Assembly (NCBI GenBank): GCA_034667725.1 | Contig: JAXDQS010000003.1 | Span: 352,001 to 416,000 of the forward strand | Length of the DNA stretch: 64,000 nt | Source of the DNA: Thermoplasmata archaeon | Lineage (GTDB): Archaea; Thermoplasmatota; E2; JACPAO01; JAHFTW01 | Reading direction: 5' to 3' | Part shown: piece by piece, positions 28,708-38,779 of the stretch | Numbering within the stretch: position 1 is the stretch's first letter | Layout: every line of letters starts with the position of its first letter | Notes under the pieces: model-generated | Database searches by the model: none | What the model saw: only the letters and a program-made list of their open reading frames with translations | Told to the model about the DNA's origin: nothing | Made by a program: the position numbers and the translations under genes

Positions 28708-30162
28708 ATGCCCGCCACCGCCGTTGCCAAGTCCAAGGACTTCATGGAGTGGTACAACGAGATTGTCGAGGTCGCGGAGCTGACGGACAAGCGCTACCCG
28801 ATCAAGGGCATGAACATCTGGCGCCCGTACGGCCAGCGCATCATGTCGGCGATCGACGGCTTCACCCGCGCCGAGATGGCCCGCACCCACCACGACGAGG
28901 TGTCGTTCCCGCTCTTGATCCCGGAGAAGCTGTTCATGAAGGAGGCCGACCAGATCAAGGGCTTCGGCTCCGAGGTGTTCTGGGTGACGCACGCCGGCGA
29001 CAACAAGCTGCCCGACGGCGAGCGCTGGATCGTGCGCCCCACGTCAGAGTGCGCGATGTACGAGATCTTCCCGCTCTGGATCCGCAGCCACTCGGACCTG
29101 CCGCTCACCACCTACCAGATCTGCAACGTGTTCCGGTACGAGACCAAGCAGACACGGGCCTTCATGCGGGTGCGCGAAATCCACTTTTTCGAGGACCACT
29201 CCGTCTTCGCCGACGAGAAGTCCGCCCGCGAGCACGTCGAGCTGGACCTGCAGATCGTCCGCAACGTGTACCAGAAGCTCGCCCTGCCCGCGCTCTACTC
29301 GAAGCGCCCCGACTGGGACAAGTTCCCGGGGGCCGTGGACTCCACCGGCGCCGACGTCGTCATGCCGTCGGGCCGCACCCTGCAATGCGCCACGGTCCAC
29401 TACTACGGCGAGAACTTCGCGCGCGCCTACGACATGAAGTATGAGGCCGAGTCCGGCGGGCACAAGCACTGCCACCAGACCACCTACGGCATGAGCGAGC
29501 GCCTGGTCGGCGCCATCGTGGGCTGCCACGGCGACGACAACGGCCTGATTCTCCCGCCGGACATCGCGCCCCTCCAGGTCGTCGTCGTGCCCGTGCTGTT
29601 CAAGGGGGACGCCGAGCCCGTGCTGAAGGCGTGCCGCGAGGTGGCGGCCCGGCTGCGCGCCGCCGGCTTCCGCGTCGAATTGGACGAGCGCAACAAGTCG
29701 AGCGGCGAGAAGTACTACCACTGGGAACTGCGTGGCGTCCCGCTCCGGCTCGAGGTCGGCCCCAAGGACGTCGAGAAGCAGTCGGTGTTCGCCGCCCGCC
29801 GCGACATGGGCAAGGAGGGCAAGAAAGCCATCCCGATGGCGGAGCTGGAGACCGGCGTGCGCGCCATCCTGGACTCGGTCCAGAAGGCCTTGTTCGAGAA
29901 GCAGGCCGCGTTCGTCGCCACCCGGGTCCAGCACCCGAGGACGCTGGAGGAGGCAAAGACGCTCGACGCCGACGGGCAGGCCTCCGGCACCGGCTACATC
30001 CTCGCCATGGCGATCTGCGGCAACGCGTGCGCCGCCCAGGTCGAGAAGGGCCTCGACATCAAGACCCTCGGCGTGCCCGTGGACAAGGAGTATGCGCCGG
30101 CGCCATGCGCGGTGTGCGGCACGCAGGCCAAGGACACGCTCAGGTTCGCGCGGACGTACTGA
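28708..30162 (+). CDS. proS: Proline--tRNA ligase, archaeal/eukaryote-like type
   Basis: VRPTSE, FRYETKQTRAFMRVREI, QTTYGMSER, HGDDNGLILPP, C-terminal ARTY. Confidence 0.96.
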   Translation: MPATAVAKSKDFMEWYNEIVEVAELTDKRYPIKGMNIWRPYGQRIMSAIDGFTRAEMARTHHDEVSFPLLIPEKLFMKEADQIKGFGSEVFWVTHAGDNKLPDGERWIVRPTSECAMYEIFPLWIRSHSDLPLTTYQICNVFRYETKQTRAFMRVREIHFFEDHSVFADEKSAREHVELDLQIVRNVYQKLALPALYSKRPDWDKFPGAVDSTGADVVMPSGRTLQCATVHYYGENFARAYDMKYEAESGGHKHCHQTTYGMSERLVGAIVGCHGDDNGLILPPDIAPLQVVVVPVLFKGDAEPVLKACREVAARLRAAGFRVELDERNKSSGEKYYHWELRGVPLRLEVGPKDVEKQSVFAARRDMGKEGKKAIPMAELETGVRAILDSVQKALFEKQAAFVATRVQHPRTLEEAKTLDADGQASGTGYILAMAICGNACAAQVEKGLDIKTLGVPVDKEYAPAPCAVCGTQAKDTLRFARTY

Positions 30163-30191
30163 GCCTCCTTCGTTTGTCTCGGTGCGGCGCG

Positions 30192-30497
30192 GCGGGCACT
30201 GATTTACCCAGATTCGGAAGATTCTCGCAGAACTCTGTGGAATCTGTGTCTAGTTGCGGCGACGGGCACCGATTCGCACAGATTCGGAAGATTCCCACAG
30301 AGGTCTGTGGAATTTTTTGGCTAGGCCCCGCCAGAACCAAAGTCAGGGTCTGTGGAATCTGCGTCCAGTCGGCGGCCCCGCGACGAGCACTGATTTCCTC
30401 AGATTCAGAAGATTCCCACAGAAATCTGTGGAATCTGTGTCCAGTCGGCGGTGAGGCGTCGCCCACCCATCCCCCAAACCCACCGGGGACCCCGAGC
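30192..30497. repeat. Mosaic palindromic repeat cluster C
   Basis: Core units plus TTTTTGGCTAGGCCCCGCCAGAACCAAAGTCAGGG module and CCAGTCGGCGGTGAGGCGTCGCCC end. Confidence 0.92.
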
Positions 30498-32005
30498 TAG
30501 GCCTTCGGCCCGTTCGGGTACACCGTCGGCCCCAAGTCCAGCCCGCCGTCGGTCGCGATGAACCGGTTCGTCAGTCCCGCCGCGTCGCGCTTGGCGTACA
30601 CGCCCATGAGGCGGCCGTCGGGGGCGATGTCGGATTGCAGGAAGTCGCCGAGGTTGCGGCCGATGGGTCCGCGCAGGAGGTTGGGGTCCGCGACGCCGGA
30701 CTGGAAGCTGGGGGTCTCCTGGTCGGCGTCGATGCTGGCGGCGGCCATGAGGCTCCAGGTCCGTTGGGCGGGCTCGACGTCGGCGTCGGCGTGGTACCAG
30801 AGGATGCCGACATGGCCGGCGCGGCCGGCGGCGGGCCAGGGGAGGGTGTTGTCGCCCGGGGCGCCGAGGGCCACGGTGGGAAGCCAGGACCCGTCGGGGC
30901 GCTGGCGGGCCAGGAACAGGTCGGTGGTCTTCGGGTCGAGGCTGTGCACGAAGGCCACGTAGAGGTTGCCGGCCTCGTCCACGACGGGGGGAATCTGGAT
31001 GTCCCAGCCGCCGGGGCGTTCGGTGTCGGGGAGGGGCAGGGGCTCGTCGTCGCTCCAGGTCGTGCCGCCGTCGAGGCTGCGCCACAGGCGAATGGTGTCG
31101 CCGCAGCTTGCGACCACGGCGAGGTCGTCGCGCTGGGGGCCTTGGCCGAGGTTGCCGAGGCCGCAGGGGAACGAGCCGCGGGCGGTGGCGTCCCAGGTCT
31201 CGCCGCCGTCGGTGGAGCCGTAGACGCGGGTGGCGCTGCCCGTGTTGTAGGCGATCCACACTTGGCCGGGGGCGCCGGCGCGGACCCAGGGGCGGTCCAC
31301 GATGGGCTCGACGGGCCAGGCGCCTTGGAACTCCAGCTCGCCGGTGGCGGAGTAGCGGGAGAACCAAGTGCTGCCGACGGCGATGTCGAAGAAGTAGACG
31401 TCGCCGGCGTCGTCGATGGCGAAGTCGCCCTCGATGCCGAAGGCGTCGCGCGCGATGCCTTGCGAGGTGCCGGCCTCAAGGGTCTGGAAGGTCTTGCCGC
31501 CGTCGCGGGAGGTCCAGATGGGCGGGGACTGGCCGATGCAGCACACGGCGCTGGCCCAGACGGTGCCGTCGCCGGCGACCTCCAGCTGGGGCTCGCCGAA
31601 GTCGCCGCAGCCGCGGGCCTGGAACGGCGTCGGCTGGCACACCAGGTCGACGGGGGCCAGGAAGCCGAGCGTGCCCGGGAGGGCGGCCTCGGTCGCGGGC
31701 TGGAGCTCCAGGCGGTCGCCGAGCGTGTCCGCGGCGGCGAGGGCGGCAAGGCCGCCGAAGCGCACGGCGACGGTGGCGCCTGGGGGCACGGCCGCGCGGG
31801 GGAAGCGGCCGTCGGCGCCGGTCTCGAAGGCGGCCAGGGTGGCGTTGCCGGCGGAGACGCCGACGAAGGCGCCGCGGACGGGGGCGCCCGCCTCGTCGAC
31901 GACCAGGATGGTGCTGGACGGGGGCGGCGCGACCGGGGCGGGGGTCGTGCAGCCGGCCAGGAGGGCGCCCAGCAGGAAGGCGGCAAGGAGGACGGGTGTG
32001 CGCAT
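30497..32005 (-). CDS. BNR/Asp-box (sialidase-like fold) lipoprotein
   Basis: LLAGC lipobox; SRDGGKTF, STDGGETW, SLDGGTTW. Confidence 0.85.
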   Translation of the reverse strand: MRTPVLLAAFLLGALLAGCTTPAPVAPPPSSTILVVDEAGAPVRGAFVGVSAGNATLAAFETGADGRFPRAAVPPGATVAVRFGGLAALAAADTLGDRLELQPATEAALPGTLGFLAPVDLVCQPTPFQARGCGDFGEPQLEVAGDGTVWASAVCCIGQSPPIWTSRDGGKTFQTLEAGTSQGIARDAFGIEGDFAIDDAGDVYFFDIAVGSTWFSRYSATGELEFQGAWPVEPIVDRPWVRAGAPGQVWIAYNTGSATRVYGSTDGGETWDATARGSFPCGLGNLGQGPQRDDLAVVASCGDTIRLWRSLDGGTTWSDDEPLPLPDTERPGGWDIQIPPVVDEAGNLYVAFVHSLDPKTTDLFLARQRPDGSWLPTVALGAPGDNTLPWPAAGRAGHVGILWYHADADVEPAQRTWSLMAAASIDADQETPSFQSGVADPNLLRGPIGRNLGDFLQSDIAPDGRLMGVYAKRDAAGLTNRFIATDGGLDLGPTVYPNGPKA

Positions 32006-32089
32006 GGCTGTCGAGAGGCCGCCCGCCATTTGATGGTTTCACCCGCCCCCCGAAACGGCTGGAATACCCCCGGCGGCTTTCTGTCCCTC

Positions 32090-32320
32090 ATGGCCCGCCT
32101 TACCCTCACCACCGGCCTCTGCCCCGTCTGCGGGGACGAGGTCACGCGCACCGTCAGCATCCACCACGGCCTCGCCTCCGAAGCCTACCATTGCCCCGTG
32201 CATGGCCGCCGCGCCGCCAGTCCCTCCGGCCTGAACGCCCTCGAATGGGCCGCCACCCCCAGCATGTCCACCCTCGGCGAGGTCCTCGGCTTCGCCACCC
32301 CGGCCCCCTGGGTCCGTTAG
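32090..32320 (+). CDS. Small zinc-ribbon protein (CPxCG...CPxH)
   Basis: CPVCGD and CPVHG; strong GC3 bias. Confidence 0.75.
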   Translation: MARLTLTTGLCPVCGDEVTRTVSIHHGLASEAYHCPVHGRRAASPSGLNALEWAATPSMSTLGEVLGFATPAPWVR

Positions 32321-32429
32321 CTCATCGGAAGCCGCAGGGGCGCAGCCGGGACGCAGCCCCCCTTGGTCACCACCCCTGCGGCCTCCCCCTGCCAAAAGCC
32401 TCATGTCGGCCCATCCGCGGTTCCCCCTG

Positions 32430-34412
32430 ATGCACAAGACCGTCGTCGCCCTCCTCGTCGCCGCCCTGCTGGCCGGCTGCGTCAACCCTGACCCCAGCGG
32501 GTCGGACGAGCCTGCGCCTGCGCGGTTGCGCGCCGAGGACATCGTGGTCCCCGCCGGCGCCACCCTGAAGGCCATCGAGGGCGGCTTCGCGCTTGCCTTC
32601 GGCGCCGACAAGCTGCCCTTCGAGTTCAGCCTCCCCGCCGGCGCCACGATGGTGCGCGCCACCTCGGACGACGTCCGGCTCACGATGGTCAACGCCGACA
32701 CCGGCCGCCGCCGCTGCAACACGCCCACCGTCGAGTCGTTCTCCGTCAGCCATGGCCCGCCCTACACCTGCTCCTCCGTGGCCGCCTTGGACGAGGCGGG
32801 CGCCAAGTGGCGCGTCGGCGGCACCGGCTCGGGCGCGGTCCGCGTCGAGCTCCTGGACCTCCCGCTCGACGGCCTGGCCGGCATGGTCCGGCTCGACGGC
32901 CTCAGCAAGCCCACCCTGAAGCTCCAGGAGACCCAGGTCCTCGCGGTCCCGAGCTTCGACGGCACCACCCTCCGCGTCGAGGTCACCATCCCCGAAGGCG
33001 ACGGCCCCTGGCCCGCGATCATCGAGTCGAGCCCCTACCACGGCGACGGCGCCCGCGACGCGCCCGCCTCCTGGGCCTACTTCGTGCAGGACTGGGCCAA
33101 GCGCGGCTACGCCGTGGTGGTCGCCGACGTGCGCGGCTTCGGCCACTCCGGCGGCTGCGTCGAGGTCTGGGGCCCCAACGAGCAGGCCGACCAGCGCTTC
33201 CTGGTGGACTGGACCGCCAAGCAGTCGTGGTCGAACGGCCGCGTCGGCTTCTACGGCCAATCCTACGTCGCCACCACGCCCGTCGAGGCCGCCGTCCAAG
33301 CCCCCGAGGCGCTGAAGGCCATCATCGCGGTGGCGCCCGTCATCAACGCCTACAACGACTGGCACTTCGGCGGCGTCCCCAACGGCGAGAACGCCCTCAG
33401 CCCGGTCGCCTACCAGGCCCAGACCGACTCTCAGGAGCCGTCCACCGACCCCGCCTTCCTGCTGTCGTCCGCCAGCAACGGCCCCTGCGACCCGGCCCTG
33501 GTGGTCCGCGCCAACGACCCGCGCGCCGTCTACGACGCCTTCTACCGCGAGCGCGACTTCTCGCGGAGAGCCGGCGAGGTCCGGGCCGCCGTCCTCTACA
33601 CCCAAGGCTTCGAGGACGCCAACGTCAAGTCTGCCATGATCCCCGGCTGGTTCAACGAGCTCCAAGGCCCCAAGCTGGGCGTGTTCGGCCACTGGCTGCA
33701 CCAGCACCCGTCCCGCCTCGACACGGAGCTCCTGATGGTCGCCTGGATGGACCACTACGTCAAGGGCGTGGACCTCGGCCTCGACCAGCTCCCGCAAGCC
33801 GTCATCACGGCCGACCGCGGCCGCGAGCGCTACGCGGACACCTGGCCGCCGGTCGAGCCGGAGGTCGCGACCCTCCACGCCGACTTCGCGGGCGGAACGC
33901 TCGGCCCCGACCCCGCCGACGGCAGCGCCACCCTCGCCCTCGACCCGGCGGGCACGGGCACCTCGCCCCTCGGCGACGACCTCCTGGTCACGCTGGAGGG
34001 CACGCTGGACGCGCCGCTCGCGCTCGCAGGCACCGGCCTGCTGCACGTCGCCGGCACCCTCGAAGGCGCCGCCAACGCCTACGTGGCCGCCTACCTCTAC
34101 GACGGCGCCAACCTGGTGGCCTGGGGCCAGTTCAACATGGCCCACCGCGACGGCCACGAGGCGTTCTCGCCCGTCGTCCCAGGCAACCGCATTGCCTTCG
34201 ACCTGCCGCTGCGGCCGACCGAGCACGTCTTCGAGGCGGGCAGCACCCTTCGCCTCGAACTGCGCGGCGTCACCGCGGCCGACGCCGTCCACCCCGGCGG
34301 CATCCTGGGCGCCCGCTTCACCTTCGAAGGCGGCCCGGACGGCACGGCCTTGCTGTTGCCGACGGTCCCCGCTGACAGCTACCACGCCATCCCGCTGTCG
34401 GCCATGCCCTAG
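32430..34412 (+). CDS. CocE/NonD (S15-like) hydrolase lipoprotein
   Basis: LLAGC lipobox; DVRGFGHSGG, WSNGRVGFYGQSY. Confidence 0.9.
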   Translation: MHKTVVALLVAALLAGCVNPDPSGSDEPAPARLRAEDIVVPAGATLKAIEGGFALAFGADKLPFEFSLPAGATMVRATSDDVRLTMVNADTGRRRCNTPTVESFSVSHGPPYTCSSVAALDEAGAKWRVGGTGSGAVRVELLDLPLDGLAGMVRLDGLSKPTLKLQETQVLAVPSFDGTTLRVEVTIPEGDGPWPAIIESSPYHGDGARDAPASWAYFVQDWAKRGYAVVVADVRGFGHSGGCVEVWGPNEQADQRFLVDWTAKQSWSNGRVGFYGQSYVATTPVEAAVQAPEALKAIIAVAPVINAYNDWHFGGVPNGENALSPVAYQAQTDSQEPSTDPAFLLSSASNGPCDPALVVRANDPRAVYDAFYRERDFSRRAGEVRAAVLYTQGFEDANVKSAMIPGWFNELQGPKLGVFGHWLHQHPSRLDTELLMVAWMDHYVKGVDLGLDQLPQAVITADRGRERYADTWPPVEPEVATLHADFAGGTLGPDPADGSATLALDPAGTGTSPLGDDLLVTLEGTLDAPLALAGTGLLHVAGTLEGAANAYVAAYLYDGANLVAWGQFNMAHRDGHEAFSPVVPGNRIAFDLPLRPTEHVFEAGSTLRLELRGVTAADAVHPGGILGARFTFEGGPDGTALLLPTVPADSYHAIPLSAMP

Positions 34413-34456
34413 CGCGTTGGCGAAGGCTTAAGCACCGCGGACGGAGGGCGACAGCC

Positions 34457-35659
34457 ATGGCCCATCCCCTGGGCGGACCGGACCTCGTCGACTCGCCGAC
34501 GGCGGAGCGGTACGCAGGGTCGCGCCACCTCGGCGTCCTCCCCCTCGGCTGCATCCAGTGCCGCGAGGGCGCCAAGCTGGTGCTGTTCGTGACGGGCCTG
34601 TGCGACAAGGAGTGCTTCTACTGCCCCGTGTCGCGCAACAAGATGTACCGCGACGTCATGTTCGCCAACGAGCGGCCCATCCACCCCGGCAAGTGGGACG
34701 ACTTGATCGACGAGTGCCAGCTGATCGGCGCCAAGGGTGCCGGCATCACCGGCGGCGACCCCATGATGGTCCCCGAGCGCGTCTGCGAGGCCATCTGTGT
34801 CCTGAAGGAGCGCTTCGGCGCCGACTTCCACACCCACCTCTACACCTCGTGCAGCTTCGACCTCGCCTGGATCGCCAAGCTCAAGGAGGCCGGCCTGGAC
34901 GAGATTCGCTTCCACCCGGAAGTTTCCGACTACGCCCGCCTGGAGGAGTCGTGGCACGGCCCCGCCGTCAAGGAGGCCCGCCGCGTCGGCCTCACCACCA
35001 CCATCGAGATCCCCTGCATCCCCGGCAAGGCCGCCGACATCCTCCAATTGGCCCGCGACGCCGAGCGGCTGGGCTGCAACGGCCTCAACATGAACGAGCT
35101 GGAGTTCAGCGACCCCAACATCGCCAACCTCAAGGCGCGCGGCTTCACAGTGGCGGACGACGAGTCCCAGCGCGTGGCCGGCAGCCGCGACACGGGCATG
35201 GAAGTCCTCGACGCATGGCAGACGGAGGCCCGCGGCAAGGGCACCATGGGCGGCAGCCGCGGCACCAGCCAGTTCGCCGTCCACTTCTGCAGCAGCCCCT
35301 ACAAGGACGCCATCCAGCTCATGCAGCGCTTCCGCCGCCGCGCCAGCAACACCGCCCGCCCCTTCGAGGAGGTCACGGACGAAGGCACCATCGTCTACGG
35401 CGTGCTGCGGCCCCACGACCCCGCGACCCTGGGCGAGGCGGCCGAGCGGCTCCGCACCGAGTACGAGGTCCCCATGGAGTGGGTCGCCGTCGTGGGCGAC
35501 CGCATCGAGACCGCGCCGGCCGTGGCCGAGGAGCTGGCCGAGTCGGGCGAGCTTGAAGGGCTAGGCTGCAAGGCGTGGTTGAGCGAAGTCCACCCGACGG
35601 CGGACCGGCTCGAGGTGGAGCGGGTGCCGCTGCCCATCGTGGATGCTCCTGAGGAATGA
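34457..35659 (+). CDS. Archaeal radical SAM protein (COG2108-like)
   Basis: GCIQC..GAKLVLFVTGLCDKECFYCP, ANERP, ITGGDP, GLDEIRFHP. Confidence 0.9.
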   Translation: MAHPLGGPDLVDSPTAERYAGSRHLGVLPLGCIQCREGAKLVLFVTGLCDKECFYCPVSRNKMYRDVMFANERPIHPGKWDDLIDECQLIGAKGAGITGGDPMMVPERVCEAICVLKERFGADFHTHLYTSCSFDLAWIAKLKEAGLDEIRFHPEVSDYARLEESWHGPAVKEARRVGLTTTIEIPCIPGKAADILQLARDAERLGCNGLNMNELEFSDPNIANLKARGFTVADDESQRVAGSRDTGMEVLDAWQTEARGKGTMGGSRGTSQFAVHFCSSPYKDAIQLMQRFRRRASNTARPFEEVTDEGTIVYGVLRPHDPATLGEAAERLRTEYEVPMEWVAVVGDRIETAPAVAEELAESGELEGLGCKAWLSEVHPTADRLEVERVPLPIVDAPEE

Positions 35660-35661
35660 GC

Positions 35662-36022
35662 GGTCGGTGTCCTCGGTGGCGACGCCTCACCGCCGACTGG
35701 ACGCAGATTCGGCAGAGTTCTGTGAGAATCTTCTGAATCTGAGGAAATCAGTGCTCGTCGCGGGCCACCGACTGGACACAGATTCCACAAATCTTCTGTG
35801 GGAATCTTCTGAATCTGAGCGAATCGGTGCCCGTCGGGTGACCGACGCACACAGATTCCACAGACCCTGACTTTGGTTCTGGCGGGGCCTAGCCAAAAAC
35901 TCCACAGGGTTCTGTGGGAATCTTCCGAATCTGGGGAAATCAGTGCCCGTCGCGCGCCGCCGACCGGACACAGATTCCACACAAAGTTCCGAGGGAATCC
36001 ACCGAGGGCACCGCGACCGACC
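35662..36022. repeat. Mosaic palindromic repeat cluster D (reverse orientation) with inverted ends
   Basis: Core units plus invariant module; CGGTGTCCTCGGTGG (35665) and CCACCGAGGGCACCG (35999) are a 14/15 inverted match. Confidence 0.92.
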
Positions 36023-36023
36023 G

Positions 36024-36422
36024 TCAGCCGACGTGCACCACGCCGCGCATGTCCGACTCGTGGTGGCGGTGGCACCAGATGGTCCAGGCCCCGTCCTCAT
36101 TGAGGGTCGCGTTGTACGACATCCCGGCGTCCACCGAGTATTGCGGCTCGTGCAGCTTGGGCGAGAAGAACCGCGGGTAGTCCTCGCTCGGCGGGTCGCC
36201 CACGTAGGCGGCCACGTCATGCGCCTCCTGCCCCGCGTTGACCCACACCACGGTGGCGCCGGAGGGGACGCGCGCCTCCGCCGGCTCGAACCGCAGCGCG
36301 TCGGTCATCCGGATGACGTAGCGGCCTTGGTCGTCCATGGGCGGCACCGTGCCCTTCGCAGAGCAGCCCGCGGCCATCACGGCGACCAAGACCAAGGCGA
36401 GCCAAGGACCATAGGTGGGCAC
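36024..36422 (-). CDS. Type-1 copper (plastocyanin/halocyanin-like) lipoprotein
   Basis: AAGC lipobox; FEP...V.W.N...HDV and WCHRHHESDM ligand pattern. Confidence 0.87.
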   Translation of the reverse strand: MPTYGPWLALVLVAVMAAGCSAKGTVPPMDDQGRYVIRMTDALRFEPAEARVPSGATVVWVNAGQEAHDVAAYVGDPPSEDYPRFFSPKLHEPQYSVDAGMSYNATLNEDGAWTIWCHRHHESDMRGVVHVG

Positions 36423-36521
36423 GACGCCCCATCGGGCCCTCCTGAATCTAGGTTTTGGCTATTGCCGGCAAGCGGGGGCCCTTCAATCGCCCTTATCTAG
36501 CGGCGTTTCCTCGAACGCGTC

Positions 36522-36938
36522 ATGACGCAACGGCAGGTCCGCATCCTGGTGGCAAAACCTGGGCTGGACGGCCACGACCGCGGCGCCAAGGTGGTCGCCC
36601 GTGCCCTGCGCGACGCCGGCTACGAGGTCATCTACACGGGGTTGCGCCAGACGCCCCAGCAGATCGCGGCGGCGGCCGTCCAGGAGGACGTCCATCTGGT
36701 GGGCCTGAGTTGCCTCAGCGGCGCCCACATGACCCTGTTCCCCAAGGTGAAGCAGCTTCTCGTCCAGGAGGGCGCGGAGGACGTCATCGTGTTCGGCGGC
36801 GGCATCATCCCCGACGACGACGCCAAGCGCCTGCGGGAGTCCGGCATCGAGGCGGTCTTCGGCCCCGGCACCGACACCCGCGACATCGTGAAGTTCATCG
36901 AGCAGCACCCCCGCCTCGCCGCGGCCGCGACCGCGTAG
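36522..36938 (+). CDS. Methylmalonyl-CoA mutase cobalamin-binding subunit
   Basis: [28 protein letters not shown]. Confidence 0.95.
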   Translation: MTQRQVRILVAKPGLDGHDRGAKVVARALRDAGYEVIYTGLRQTPQQIAAAAVQEDVHLVGLSCLSGAHMTLFPKVKQLLVQEGAEDVIVFGGGIIPDDDAKRLRESGIEAVFGPGTDTRDIVKFIEQHPRLAAAATA

Positions 36939-36941
36939 GCC

Positions 36942-37907
36942 ATGCAGCTCGCCGACGTCGTCGCAGGCGTCCAGGCCGGCCAACGCCGCGCCATCGGGCG
37001 CCTCATCACCCTCTTGGAGTCGGACGACCCGACGGGCCCCGCCGCCCTGCACGCCCTGCGGGAGCGGCTCGGCCGCGCCCACGTCGTCGGCGTCACCGGC
37101 GCCCCCGGCACCGGCAAGTCCACCCTCGTGGACCGCCTCATCGCGGAGGCGCGCCGCCGCGGCTTGCGGGTCGGCGTCGTCGCCGTCGACCCCTCCAGCC
37201 CCTTCACCGGCGGCGCCATCCTGGGCGACCGCATCCGCATGGGCGGCCACGCCAACGACCCCAACGTCTTCATCCGCAGCATGGGCAGCCGCGGCGCCCT
37301 CGGCGGCCTCAGCACCCACACCTTGGAGGCCGTGCAGGCGCTCGACGCCGCCGGCTTCGACCTGGTGCTGGTGGAGACCGTCGGCGTCGGCCAGGCCGAG
37401 GTGGACGTCGCCCGCCTCGCCGACACCGTCCTCGTCGTCCTGGTCCCCAACCTCGGCGACGACGTCCAGGCCGTCAAGGCCGGCATCATGGAGATCGCCG
37501 ACGCCTTCGTCGTCAACAAGGCCGACCTGGTGGGCTCCGACAAGGTGGCCGCCGAGGTCGAGGCCAGCCTCATGCTCGCCCACCCCGCCATGCCGCCCGC
37601 CGGCGAGCCCTGGACGCCCCCGATCCTGCGCACCGTCGCCGAGCGCGCCGACGGGGTCGCCGCCGTGCTGGACGCCGTCGCCGCCCACAAGGCCTGGAGC
37701 CAAGCCTCCGGCACGTGGGCGGGCCGCCGCCGCGCCCGCCTCGCCGCCGAGGTGCGCGCGCATTTGCAGCGCGCCGTCTGGGAACGCGCCTTCGCCCGCG
37801 ATGGCTCCTTCCGCCCAGGCTACGCCGCCCTGGAGGCGCGGCTGGCCCGCGGCGAGCTGTCCGCCCGCGAGGCGGCCGCCCAGGTGCTGGCGTCGCCTAC
37901 GCCGTGA
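36942..37907 (+). CDS. meaB: MeaB/ArgK G-protein chaperone of methylmalonyl-CoA mutase
   Basis: GVTGAPGTGKST, AVDPSSPFTGGAILGDRIRM, ETVGVGQ, NKAD. Confidence 0.95.
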   Translation: MQLADVVAGVQAGQRRAIGRLITLLESDDPTGPAALHALRERLGRAHVVGVTGAPGTGKSTLVDRLIAEARRRGLRVGVVAVDPSSPFTGGAILGDRIRMGGHANDPNVFIRSMGSRGALGGLSTHTLEAVQALDAAGFDLVLVETVGVGQAEVDVARLADTVLVVLVPNLGDDVQAVKAGIMEIADAFVVNKADLVGSDKVAAEVEASLMLAHPAMPPAGEPWTPPILRTVAERADGVAAVLDAVAAHKAWSQASGTWAGRRRARLAAEVRAHLQRAVWERAFARDGSFRPGYAALEARLARGELSAREAAAQVLASPTP

Positions 37908-38595
37908 CGGCGGGCCGGCTCATCGGCGGCGGCACGCTCGCCTGCATCGCCTGGACCTGCGCGTCGGTGTAGTTGCCGAACGCGAACAGCACCGCCTCGC
38001 CGTCCTTGACCTGATAGTCGAGGTAGTCGCCCATCGGGTGCTCGGCCCACTCGCCGTCGACGTCCTGGAGCCAGAACCGCAGCGTCTGGTTGCCGTTGTT
38101 CTCCCACTCGCCGGCGAACCCGGTGGTGGCGTGCTGGCCTGCGATGACCAGGCCGTCGGCGCTGAGGCCCACGTCGGCGATGTCGAGCGCGGTGCGCAAT
38201 CCGACGCAAGTGCCCCCTTCGTAGTGCAACTGGGCAGGACCCAACGCCTCGGAGCCTTGCTCAGGGCCCGACTGGTGCATGTGGATGGCGAGGCGCATCT
38301 TGCCGGTGCCCAGGTCGTAGTAGGGCCGGCCGCCGGCGTCCTTGGGGAGGTTCATGTCCAGCATCCGGGGCGACCCGTCCTCGTTCGGCGTGTAGACGCG
38401 GAACGTCCCATGCCAGTGGTCCGGGCACTCCGGCCGCAGGTTCTTGAGGGCGACGATCGCCAAGGCGCCCAAGCCGATCACCAGGAAGATGACCAGGGGA
38501 ACCTTCCAGGCGCCGGCCTTCGACGGGCCCTTGTGCTTGGTGCCGGCTTCCTTGGCGCGCTGGGCACGGCGTTCACGAGGCGAAAGGTCGTCCAT
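37897..38595 (-). CDS. Membrane-anchored His-motif protein, paralog 1
   Basis: Basic N-terminus plus TM; HWH, HMH and LHYE motifs; paralog at 39938. Confidence 0.8.
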   Translation of the reverse strand: MDDLSPRERRAQRAKEAGTKHKGPSKAGAWKVPLVIFLVIGLGALAIVALKNLRPECPDHWHGTFRVYTPNEDGSPRMLDMNLPKDAGGRPYYDLGTGKMRLAIHMHQSGPEQGSEALGPAQLHYEGGTCVGLRTALDIADVGLSADGLVIAGQHATTGFAGEWENNGNQTLRFWLQDVDGEWAEHPMGDYLDYQVKDGEAVLFAFGNYTDAQVQAMQASVPPPMSRPAVTA

Positions 38596-38734
38596 GGGTG
38601 CGGCTCCGACTTGGGGGCGCGTTTAGAACCTTGTTGATGCAGAAAGTTGCAACGACGCGGCGCGCCTTGGGGCATGCCGTGGGCTGGGGAAGGGAAAACG
38701 TTTGCGTGGACCTGGGCGTTCGGCGCCGGGCCGG

Positions 38735-38770
38735 TCCACCGAGCCCACCGAGGGCACCGAGACGTCGGTT
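38735..38770. repeat. CACCGAGnn nonamer run (end module of the repeat family)
   Basis: TCCACCGAGCCCACCGAGGGCACCGAGACG just past the acyl-CoA DH stop. Confidence 0.65.
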
Positions 38771-38779
38771 TCGCCCAAC

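Noticed and set aside
30140-30466. ORFs running through the repeat clusters (DTDST/LWNLCP/RFHR peptides; also 35687, 43959, 44217)
   Set aside because: Translation artefacts of the stop-poor repeats
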